DNA of 46,104 bases from Candidatus Vogelbacteria bacterium (GTDB lineage Bacteria > Patescibacteriota > Minisyncoccia > Phycocordibacterales > XYD1-FULL-46-19), in NCBI GenBank assembly GCA_023267075.1, contig JAHFNY010000003.1, positions 1-46,104 on the forward strand, read 5' to 3'. Below, in pieces: positions 8,339 to 16,460 of this stretch. The position numbers and the translations under genes are program-made. The number at the start of each line of letters is the position of its first letter. The stretch's first letter is position 1. Under the pieces are notes generated by a model that worked only from the letters and a program-made list of their open reading frames with translations, was not told where the DNA came from and ran no database searches.

Positions 8339-8854
8339 ATGCCCGAAAATTACTTAAATCCTAAGGTTTATATTAAAGAAACGGCCAATAAGGGCCGAGG
8401 CCTTTTCGCTAAAGAAAAGATAAATAAAGGCGAAACTATTGAAAATACAACCGACATTCAAATTTTACCAAAAAGCGAATTGGCTAAAATGCCAAAAATT
8501 TGGCGGTCCTTATGTTATGAAATAAATGATCACGAAGAAATTTGCCCTAAAGATATCAATAATCCACCGGCCGGTTTTCTTATTAATCACTCATGTGAGC
8601 CAAACGTCGGTTCAAGTCTTAATTTTTTTGAAACTGTAGCAATGAGAGATATTGAACCAGGTGAAGAATTAATGTATGACTATGCGATGACTGATTCCGG
8701 AAATTATGAAATGAAATGTGAGTGTGGAACAAAAAGTTGCCGGCACTTTATCCGTGGTTCAGATTGGCAACGATCTGAATTGCAGGAAAAATATAAGGGC
8801 TATTTTCAAAAAAATATTCAAGATAAGATTGATAAAAAAAATTTAGAAAAATAA
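8339..8854 (+). CDS. SET-domain protein (putative lysine methyltransferase)
   Basis: GRGLFA, the NHSCEPN motif, ELMYDY, and a C-terminal Cys cluster (CECGTKSCRHF, post-SET-like). Confidence 0.85.
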   Translation: MPENYLNPKVYIKETANKGRGLFAKEKINKGETIENTTDIQILPKSELAKMPKIWRSLCYEINDHEEICPKDINNPPAGFLINHSCEPNVGSSLNFFETVAMRDIEPGEELMYDYAMTDSGNYEMKCECGTKSCRHFIRGSDWQRSELQEKYKGYFQKNIQDKIDKKNLEK

Positions 8855-8859
8855 TCCAA

Positions 8860-9055
8860 AAAGAAAAGGCGTCAGGTGACGCCTTTAATGCAGTGCCCTA
8901 CCGCTCCCTAGCTCGGGGAACAGGTGCTTCGACCCAAACGTTGTCATGACAAACGCGGCTTAGCAATCCTTCTGGGTCTGGATACCCTCTCGTCCGTCAC
9001 CGCTTTAGGGCCAGTTGGTCTGGATTTAACCAGTCGGGCTTTCAGGCGTCTGCTG
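8860..9055 (-). ncRNA. Orphan structured RNA of about 195 nt, class unassigned (6S-like or other)
   Basis: It lies in a 320-nt gap between convergent CDSs. A minus-strand TTGACT-17-TAGAAT promoter sits at 9062-9090. A GGCGTCA/TGACGCC hairpin at 8868-8883 is followed by a T-run on the minus strand. The interior is visibly GC-rich with several hairpins. Confidence 0.45.
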
Positions 9056-9061
9056 TTTAAA

Positions 9062-9090
9062 ATTCTATGCTCTTCATTTATTGTAGTCAA
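9062..9090 (-). promoter_or_regulatory. Sigma70-type promoter for the 8860-9055 RNA
   Basis: Minus strand: TTGACT (9085-9090), 17-nt spacer, TAGAAT (9062-9067). Confidence 0.5.
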
Positions 9091-9127
9091 GTTTTAGAAA
9101 AAGATGTCGGGTAAGTAGGATTTGCCA

Positions 9128-9154
9128 CCCCGCCGTCGCTAAAGCTTTGGCGGG
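9128..9154 (-). repeat. GC-rich hairpin element CCCGCC-AAAGCTTTAGCGAC-GGCGGG (family copy L4)
   Basis: The minus-strand reading CCCGCCAAAGCTTTAGCGACGGCGGGG closely resembles the element at 38331-38356. It lies between the uvrD stop and the ncRNA promoter. Confidence 0.5.
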
Positions 9155-9174
9155 CAGGCATTAGGGAGGTGTTG

Positions 9175-11100
9175 TTAAAAGAATATATCTGGTAGATATG
9201 ATTTTCCACCATTAGGTAAGTTGTTTAAATGATGCTCGCTCGCTTCTAAGAGATCATCGGAGATGTCAAAAATAAATTCCGACGGCACGGTGACTTGCCG
9301 CGCCCCGTAGAGGGCGCGGGTCTGGGCGTAACACAAATAAACTTTTTTCCGGGCCCGGGTAATCGCCACGTAAAAGAGTCGTCGCTCTTCTTCCTCATCC
9401 CGATCACTCTCACCAAAGCCAACATGTGGGAAGAGATCTTGCTCCAAGCCGGTGATAAAAACGTCATTAAATTCTAGGCCTTTGGCGGCATGAACGGTCA
9501 TTAACTTTACCCCATCCTTCTTCTCATTCAACGAGTCTTGCTCGCTGGCCAGTGCCACTTCTTCCAGCAAGGCCAAGATACCATCTGGCGCCGGTAAGTA
9601 GTCGTACTTGGTGGCGAGTGTTACCAACTCGCGCAAGTTCTCTAAGCGTTCTAAGTCATCTTCACTCCCCTTTTTTAAACTACTTTCCAAGCCCGACAAC
9701 ATTAAAATAGATTTAATCACTTCCGAGGCAATTTTAGTTTCTAGGGCTAATTTTATTTGTCCGAGAGTGGAGAATAGTTCCCCCACTTTCTGCTTCATTG
9801 CGCTGGGTAGACTATCTTTTTCTCCGGCGGCAATTTTAGCGAGTGTTACTTTACCAATCCCTCGCGCGGGCGTGCCACTCGCCCGCGCTAAACTGGCGTA
9901 ATCCTCATCATTCAGCGCCGCTTTCAGATAAGCCATCACATCTTTCACCTCCTTCCGCTCAAAGAAGCGGGTGCCGAGTACTTGATAGGCCACATTGTGG
10001 CGGAGCATCGCTTCTTCTAAAACACGGGATTGAAAGTTGGCTCGGTACAGTACTGCCACATTGCTCGCCACTTCACCATTAGCAATTAATTTCTTCGCTT
10101 CACTGGCTACAAAGTCGGCCTCGGCCAGTTCTGATAAGTTGGCAATTAAGCTAATCTGCTCGCCCTCATTATTTTTAGTAAACAAGTTTTTCTCGTGGCG
10201 CTTTTTATTTTTACTAATCACCTGATTAGCCGCGGTGAGGATGGTCTGGGTGGAGCGATAATTCTCTTCCAAGAGCACCACCTTGGCGCCAGGGAAGTCT
10301 TGCTCAAAGCGGAGTAAATTCTCGAAGTCGGCGCCGCGCCAGGAGTAAATGGATTGATCCACGTCGCCCACCACGCACAAGTTTTTTTTCTCCCCCGCTA
10401 GTAATCTGGCCAGGTCATATTGCACGGTATTAGTATCTTGATACTCATCAATTAAAATATACTTAAATAAATCTTGATAATTTTTCAATATTTCCGGTTC
10501 CCGCTTCAGCAGTTTAACCGTTTCCAGTAAGAGATCGTCAAAGTCGAAGGCCTTAGCTTTATTGACTAAGGCTTGATACTTTTCCCAAATGCCAGCGACC
10601 AATTTAGGGTAAAATTCATTCCCCGCTTCAGCTTTATATTCGCTTAAACTAAAGCCGTCGCCCTTGGCCCGGGAGATGGCGCCTAAGATTTTCTTCGGTT
10701 CAAAGCGCTTCTCATCCACATTCGCGCTCCGCATCGCTTCTTTAATTAAACCAATTGATTCATCCCGATCTAAAATTGTAAAATATTTCGTCCGGCCCAG
10801 GGCGCGGGCATGAGCCCGGCAGATATTGGCGCCAAGGGAGTGAAAAGTGCCCACAGTTGGCAATGTTCCGCCCGCACCAAGTAATTTTTCCACCCGTTCT
10901 CGCATCTCCCGCGCCGCTTTATTGGTGAAGGTGATGGCTAAAATATTTTCCGGTCTTATCCCGCTGTCGATTAAATGTTTGATCCGATAAGTAATGACTC
11001 GCGTCTTACCGGCCCCGGCGCCAGCGACCACCAATAACGGCCCGTCGGTATGTAAAACGGCTTCCTTCTGCTCATTATTTAATTCTTCCACATCTCCCAC
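9175..11100 (-). CDS. pcrA: ATP-dependent DNA helicase, UvrD/PcrA family
   Basis: AGAGAGKTRV Walker A, TFTNKAAREM, DEYQDTN, VGDVDQSIYSWRGA, TVHAAKGLEF. Confidence 0.9.
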   Translation of the reverse strand: MGDVEELNNEQKEAVLHTDGPLLVVAGAGAGKTRVITYRIKHLIDSGIRPENILAITFTNKAAREMRERVEKLLGAGGTLPTVGTFHSLGANICRAHARALGRTKYFTILDRDESIGLIKEAMRSANVDEKRFEPKKILGAISRAKGDGFSLSEYKAEAGNEFYPKLVAGIWEKYQALVNKAKAFDFDDLLLETVKLLKREPEILKNYQDLFKYILIDEYQDTNTVQYDLARLLAGEKKNLCVVGDVDQSIYSWRGADFENLLRFEQDFPGAKVVLLEENYRSTQTILTAANQVISKNKKRHEKNLFTKNNEGEQISLIANLSELAEADFVASEAKKLIANGEVASNVAVLYRANFQSRVLEEAMLRHNVAYQVLGTRFFERKEVKDVMAYLKAALNDEDYASLARASGTPARGIGKVTLAKIAAGEKDSLPSAMKQKVGELFSTLGQIKLALETKIASEVIKSILMLSGLESSLKKGSEDDLERLENLRELVTLATKYDYLPAPDGILALLEEVALASEQDSLNEKKDGVKLMTVHAAKGLEFNDVFITGLEQDLFPHVGFGESDRDEEEERRLFYVAITRARKKVYLCYAQTRALYGARQVTVPSEFIFDISDDLLEASEHHLNNLPNGGKSYLPDIFF

Positions 11101-11124
11101 GAGGAACAGAGTAACACAAGCGTC

Positions 11125-12633
11125 TTATTGGCCCAACCGCCTAAGTCTATTTTCAATTTTTCCCCAAAATTTTTTCCAACGTCCGGTGTTTTTTATTTCT
11201 GTTGGTAGTGGTGAAGGTTGAACTTCAGTTTTCTTTTCTGGTTTGAGACCTAAGAACTGACCGTATTGTTCTTCTTCATTTTTTCGTCTATCCAGTTCCT
11301 TTTCTTTAGCTTGTTTCCAGTAAGCTTGTCTTAGTTGTTGTTTAATATTTTCTTTGGTTACATGTTTTGTTTCTGGAGTGGTGGGAAAAGCTTCAATCAT
11401 TTCATCAACCGTGTATTCCTTTTTTGGTTTCGTCTTTTCAGCTGGTTTTTTGAGATTTAAATTTCCCTGTTCGGCGGCCCACAGTAATTTATGGAAGGGT
11501 ACCACCTCCCTTTTCACCTCTTTATTCCGCCAGGTTTTATCTTCATTTTGTTTGGGTTGGAATTCTAACACGGCATAACCGTCTTTAAGGGCGGCATCTT
11601 CAGTTTTTGGTTCTCTCACCATTTCAATCACCTTGACCGCTTCGCCGCTAGGGGTAAAAATAGTTTGTCCAGCTTTCAAATTCAATGATTCAGTTTTATT
11701 TAATTTTTCTTTGGCTTCGTTGTATTTTTCATCAAATTCTTTCCGTCCTTGAATATTGTGAATATTTTCTTTAGATTTTTCGTAATCAGTAAAAGTCATT
11801 TGGGTTTTATCACCCGTGTCAATTTGTTCAAAACTAATTAATTTTTTATCCTGATCGATTGCAAAGACCCGGCGACTAATTCCCCCGCGGCTAGTTATCA
11901 CCTGACCAATTTTGGGTAAAATGGGTCTATCTAGCTCATCTAATATTTCCCGCGATTTTTCTAAAGAAGATGTCTTTGGCTTTTTGGTTTTAGTTTCTTT
12001 TGTTTGTGCTGGTTGTTTTTCTTGAATTGGTGGTTCTTGTTTTTCTAAATCAGCCAACATTTCTTCGTATCCTTCAGGAGTTTTTGATTCCCCGACTAGT
12101 TTTTGTTTATCAATTTGATCAGTTTTCTTTGGCTGTTCTTGTTTAGGTTTTCTCTTTCCTTTTGTTTGATATCCAACTGGTAAATATTCTTTGACTTCAT
12201 TTTGTAAACCTAACCACTGTTCTTTTGGTAAGACTTTGAACATACCTTCTTTATCAGTCCTCATATCCTTTTCAATTTTCCGATATTTCATCTTTCCGGT
12301 TTTGTCATCCCAGCCGATGATATGCAAGAATGAACCATCACTCATTTCTAAAATATCTCCTCGTTGAACAGTCTCCATGTTAATGGGTTTTTTTTCTTCG
12401 ATTTTTTCTAATTCTTTATCAGATTTTAATTCTAACCCTTTTCTTTCTCGTGTTCTTCCCCACTCTTCGGGAGTTAGTTTTACTGGTCTTGTTCCATTTT
12501 GGAATTCTATTAATCCATCCTCAAGTATTCTTGCTCTATATTCTTTGCCACTTTTTGACACAAAATGATCATATTGTGGTTCTTCGGCCTTATTTTCTAA
12601 TTTAGGAATTTCTTGACTCATTGTTTTAAGCAT
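11125..12633 (-). CDS. Lys/Glu-rich hypothetical protein (502 aa) with three similar G-[DQ]-x-I beta-motif segments
   Basis: Uninterrupted long ORF. Repeated segments are RGDILEMSDGSFLHIIGW, IGQVITSRGGISRRVFAI and AGQTIFTPSGEAVKVIEM. Confidence 0.65.
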   Translation of the reverse strand: MLKTMSQEIPKLENKAEEPQYDHFVSKSGKEYRARILEDGLIEFQNGTRPVKLTPEEWGRTRERKGLELKSDKELEKIEEKKPINMETVQRGDILEMSDGSFLHIIGWDDKTGKMKYRKIEKDMRTDKEGMFKVLPKEQWLGLQNEVKEYLPVGYQTKGKRKPKQEQPKKTDQIDKQKLVGESKTPEGYEEMLADLEKQEPPIQEKQPAQTKETKTKKPKTSSLEKSREILDELDRPILPKIGQVITSRGGISRRVFAIDQDKKLISFEQIDTGDKTQMTFTDYEKSKENIHNIQGRKEFDEKYNEAKEKLNKTESLNLKAGQTIFTPSGEAVKVIEMVREPKTEDAALKDGYAVLEFQPKQNEDKTWRNKEVKREVVPFHKLLWAAEQGNLNLKKPAEKTKPKKEYTVDEMIEAFPTTPETKHVTKENIKQQLRQAYWKQAKEKELDRRKNEEEQYGQFLGLKPEKKTEVQPSPLPTEIKNTGRWKKFWGKIENRLRRLGQ

Positions 12634-12670
12634 AACTTATGGCGTATAATGTGTCTATACTTCACTTTTT

Positions 12671-13042
12671 ATGGAACAGGAAAAAATTTTAGAAGCAGAG
12701 ATTGCCGAGCTAAGTAAAGCGATTGAAGACAAGCGCTCGGCCCTTGCGGCCGAGCGCGGTGCCTTGCCGCCCGAGCGCGAGGTGGTGCATCAGGTAGTGA
12801 GCGATTATGTTGGGCCCAAAATTACTTCTGCTCCAGCCCAAATTGCCGATGACTACCTTAATACTTTAGATGAAGTCAGCACGGCCAAGGTCAATACTCT
12901 CATTGCCACTATTGGTGAACGCGGTTTTAAACAGGCCATTACTGCCGCCAAGCAGGAATCCCCTTTCGTTTTAGACGCTTTCCACGACGCTCTAGTCTCT
13001 CATCTTTATGAAGAGTTAAAGTCCCGCGGCGTGGTTAAATAA
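12671..13042 (+). CDS. hypothetical protein (123 aa)
   Basis: ORF 9 nt upstream of the VirD4-like gene. TATAAT/TATACT elements lie upstream. Confidence 0.55.
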   Translation: MEQEKILEAEIAELSKAIEDKRSALAAERGALPPEREVVHQVVSDYVGPKITSAPAQIADDYLNTLDEVSTAKVNTLIATIGERGFKQAITAAKQESPFVLDAFHDALVSHLYEELKSRGVVK

Positions 13043-13051
13043 GTAAATTCT

Positions 13052-15415
13052 ATGACCCTTAATGCCATTATTGCCACGCTCGTCCTCCTCTTTGCGGTGG
13101 CGGTGTTGCTGGCCGTTTTAGTCCGCCTTCTCCGCCGGCCGTTTATGGAGTCGCTCTCGCTCACTACGCTTGCTATTAGTATCCCCAAGGGCGAGAAGGA
13201 TGATAAGGCCAATTTAATTGACGAGATCAATAAGTCAGAGAAGTTTTTTGACGCTTTGGCGGCGATCAAACAGCCAGTAGCCCTAGAGATGGCCGTCCAC
13301 AATAGCGGCGAGGCCATTCATTTCTACTTAGCCGTCCCTCGAGCGAATGTTGACTTTGCCAGCCGGCAAATCCAAGGTCTTTTCCCGCGGGCTCAAGTGA
13401 AGCCGGCGAGTGATTACACTATTTTTGCCACCGACGGCGCCGCCAGTGCCGCTACCTTCAAGCTTAAGAGTAAGGCGGTGTTGCCGATTCGGACCTATCG
13501 TGAGGCGGAAGTAGATACTTTTGCGCCAGTCGTGAGCACCTTTTCTCAATTAAATGAGCTGGGTGAGGGGGCGGTATTCCAATTAGTGCTTAGGCCGGCC
13601 GGTGAGCGGGCACGGCAAAGTATTACCGGCGCCATTGCTCGGCTGAAGAAGGGCGATAAGTTGAGCGACGTCATTTCCACTGCCTTTTTTAAGCCGGATG
13701 AAGTGGCTAAATTATTTCAAGCTGAAAATAAGACTAAGAAAGCTGCTAGTTATGAACCACCTAAACCTTTAGATGAAGAAGCGATTAAAGCCCTACAACA
13801 GAAAGTGAGTAAACCGCTTTTCTCGGTCAATGCTCGAGTGATTACCGCCGCGACAGAAGCGGCCCGGGCGGAGGGTATTCTTCTCGCGGTTACTAATGCC
13901 CTCACTCAATTTACCGCGCCACTGCGTAATAGTTTAATCACCGTCCGGCCGCGGAAGAATAAGCAACTCATTTTCAACTATATTTTCCGCGAGTTTGAGC
14001 GTAAAGAAGCGTTAACTTTAAATTCAGAAGAATTGGCCAGTCTCTTCCATTTACCTACTTTCTCCACCGATGTACCCCGGATCGCTTGGCAGAAGGGGAC
14101 GGAAGCGCCGCCGCCGGCTAATTTACCCAATGAGGGCGTAGTTTTAGGCGAGAATATTTTCCGCGGGGAGAAGCGGCCGGTCCGCTTGCTTGATGATGAT
14201 CGGCGGCGGCACTTGTATGTAGTTGGTCAAACGGGTACCGGTAAGTCTTACTTAATGCTCAACTTGGCAGTCCAAGATATGGCCGCGGGTAAAGGTTTAG
14301 CCGTGATTGACCCGCACGGCGAGTTGGTGGATAAAATTTTGGGCCTCGTCCCACCGGAGCGGGTGGATGATGTGATTGTCTTTAATCCTGGCGATCTCTC
14401 CCGACCGCTAGGCCTAAATATGTTGGAATATAATCTGGACCGACCGGAAGAGAAGACCTTTATCGTCAATGAAATTCAATCCATCTTTAATCGCCTGTTT
14501 GATAAAGAAACAATGGGGCCGATGTTTGAGCAATACATGCGCAATTCCCTCCTCCTCTTGATGGAGGATGCCAAGTATGAACCAGCCACCTTAATGGAGG
14601 TGCCGCGGATCTTCACTGATCCAGAATTTAGGAAGAAGAAACTGGCTCGGGCCACCAATCCCACGGTGATTGATTTCTGGGAGAAGGAGGCGGTTAAGAC
14701 CAGTGGTGAGCAGGGTCTCGCCAATATGACACCGTATATCACTTCTAAGTTCGGCAATTTTATTGCTAACGATTATATGCGACCGATTATTGGCCAGCCG
14801 CAATCGGCGTTCAACTTCCGAGAGGTAATGGATGGGGGGAAAATTCTGCTCGTCAATTTGGCTAAGGGTCGGATCGGTGATATTAATGCCGGTCTCTTAG
14901 GGATGATTATTACTGGCCGTTTGCTCCTCGCGGCGCTCTCTCGGACTGATGTTGATGAGGCTAAGCGCCGTGATTTTTATTTATATATTGATGAGTTCCA
15001 GAATTTTACTACCGATTCGATTGCCGTCATTCTCTCCGAGGCCCGGAAGTATCGCTTGGATTTGATTCTCGCCCATCAATTTATTGCCCAGCTAACGGAT
15101 CAGATTAGGGAAGCGGTCTTTGGCAACGTGGGGTCGCTTGCCGCCTTCCGGGTGGGACCGCCCGATACTGAAGCTTTAATTAAACACTTTGGTCCGACCT
15201 TTACCGAGCGGGATTTAACGACGATTGAGAATCAAATGGCCATTGCCCGGACCCTAATTAAGGGCGAACCGTCGGTCCCCTTCAACTTTAAGACCATTAC
15301 TACCCTGGCTGGCTCGGATGAAGTGAAGGAAAAACTGAAAGAGCTCTCCCGCCTTACTTATGGCCGCGATTTGGCGGAGGTGGAACAGGAGATTTTAACC
15401 CGGTTGCGGGGTTAG
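13052..15415 (+). CDS. T4SS coupling-protein-like P-loop ATPase (VirD4/TraG/TraD family)
   Basis: N-terminal TM, Walker A VVGQTGTGKSYL, Walker B YLYIDEFQNF, and LILAHQFIAQL (the QxxQL-type motif of coupling proteins). Confidence 0.65.
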   Translation: MTLNAIIATLVLLFAVAVLLAVLVRLLRRPFMESLSLTTLAISIPKGEKDDKANLIDEINKSEKFFDALAAIKQPVALEMAVHNSGEAIHFYLAVPRANVDFASRQIQGLFPRAQVKPASDYTIFATDGAASAATFKLKSKAVLPIRTYREAEVDTFAPVVSTFSQLNELGEGAVFQLVLRPAGERARQSITGAIARLKKGDKLSDVISTAFFKPDEVAKLFQAENKTKKAASYEPPKPLDEEAIKALQQKVSKPLFSVNARVITAATEAARAEGILLAVTNALTQFTAPLRNSLITVRPRKNKQLIFNYIFREFERKEALTLNSEELASLFHLPTFSTDVPRIAWQKGTEAPPPANLPNEGVVLGENIFRGEKRPVRLLDDDRRRHLYVVGQTGTGKSYLMLNLAVQDMAAGKGLAVIDPHGELVDKILGLVPPERVDDVIVFNPGDLSRPLGLNMLEYNLDRPEEKTFIVNEIQSIFNRLFDKETMGPMFEQYMRNSLLLLMEDAKYEPATLMEVPRIFTDPEFRKKKLARATNPTVIDFWEKEAVKTSGEQGLANMTPYITSKFGNFIANDYMRPIIGQPQSAFNFREVMDGGKILLVNLAKGRIGDINAGLLGMIITGRLLLAALSRTDVDEAKRRDFYLYIDEFQNFTTDSIAVILSEARKYRLDLILAHQFIAQLTDQIREAVFGNVGSLAAFRVGPPDTEALIKHFGPTFTERDLTTIENQMAIARTLIKGEPSVPFNFKTITTLAGSDEVKEKLKELSRLTYGRDLAEVEQEILTRLRG

Positions 15416-15439
15416 GTGGCAGGGCGGTATAATTAAGGG

Positions 15440-16459
15440 GTGAGGAAAAAGGTAGGCCTTTTGGCCTTTATTTTGTTTACGGGACTCATTTTTGCCCGCT
15501 CGGCTCAAGCCGGGATTTTAAGTAACTTAGCGGCTGCTTTGTTTGGCTTTAGTGGAGGAGAAGTGGCTGCTGGCAATTCTCAAACCGTGGCTTTACTTGA
15601 ATCTACTTTAGCTCCGGATCCCAAATCGGCCGCCACCAGCTCTGGCGATACGACGATTGTGGGTGGGTCGGCTTTTCTTCCCGACTCGGGTCCGGTGGGG
15701 ACGATTGCGGATGTTCCCGCTTTCCCTAAAAGCGATCGAATCAGTGTTTATATTGTCCGGCCGGGTGATACTCTCTCCCAGATTGCTAATATGTTCGATG
15801 TTTCGGTTAATACCATTGTTTGGTCTAATAATTTAAAACGGGGGGCAGCGCTTCAAACTGGTCAGGAATTAACCATCCTCCCTATTTCCGGTGTTTCTCA
15901 TACCGTGGCTAAGGGCGATACTTTGAAAACTATTGCTCGTAAATATAATGCCGACGCCACAGAAATTGCCAGCTTCAACGATCTTTCCTCTGATACCACT
16001 CTCGTAGTTGGCTCAACGATTATTGTCCCCGATGGAGAATTGGTGGTGACAGTATCTAAGCCAAGTTCAAGCGGCGGTGGGACCACTTCATCTTCCCTCC
16101 CAACATATAGCGGTTACTTTATGCGGCCAATTACTGGCGGACGGAAGAGTCAAGGCCTCCATGGCTATAAGAATAGTGCCGTGGATCTAGCCACTTATTA
16201 CGGTGCACCCATCTTCGCCGCTGCCGATGGCACCGTGATTATTAGTAAAACTGGCGGTTGGAATGGTGGTTATGGTAATTACATTGTTATTCAACATCCT
16301 AATGGCACTCAAACGCTCTATTCCCACATTAGCGAGAATCTAGTGACTATCGGTGAGCATGTTAGCAAGGGCGATACTATTGCCCGAATTGGTTTAACTG
16401 GTAAAACCACTGGTCCCCACGTCCACTTTGAAATCCGCGGCGCCAAAAATCCGTTTTAA
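15440..16459 (+). CDS. Secreted LysM-domain M23 family metallopeptidase (peptidoglycan hydrolase)
   Basis: Signal peptide and two LysM repeats (YIVRPGDTLSQIANMF.., HTVAKGDTLKTIARKY..). M23 motifs HGYKNSAVDL and GPHVHFEIR. GTG start. Confidence 0.85.
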   Translation: MRKKVGLLAFILFTGLIFARSAQAGILSNLAAALFGFSGGEVAAGNSQTVALLESTLAPDPKSAATSSGDTTIVGGSAFLPDSGPVGTIADVPAFPKSDRISVYIVRPGDTLSQIANMFDVSVNTIVWSNNLKRGAALQTGQELTILPISGVSHTVAKGDTLKTIARKYNADATEIASFNDLSSDTTLVVGSTIIVPDGELVVTVSKPSSSGGGTTSSSLPTYSGYFMRPITGGRKSQGLHGYKNSAVDLATYYGAPIFAAADGTVIISKTGGWNGGYGNYIVIQHPNGTQTLYSHISENLVTIGEHVSKGDTIARIGLTGKTTGPHVHFEIRGAKNPF

Positions 16460-16460
16460 A

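Noticed and set aside
8860-9174. Assignment of the orphan RNA to tmRNA, RNase P RNA or SRP RNA
   Set aside because: Plus-strand GGGGAACAGGTGCTTCGAC resembles a tmRNA 5' end, and ACAAACGCGGCTTA resembles the RNase P CR-V region. However, there is no T-arm/CCA end, no GGAAAGTCC P4 strand and no room for 330-400 nt. The promoter and terminator are on the other strand. The SRP helix-8-like stretch lacks the GNAR loop and the AGCA motif.
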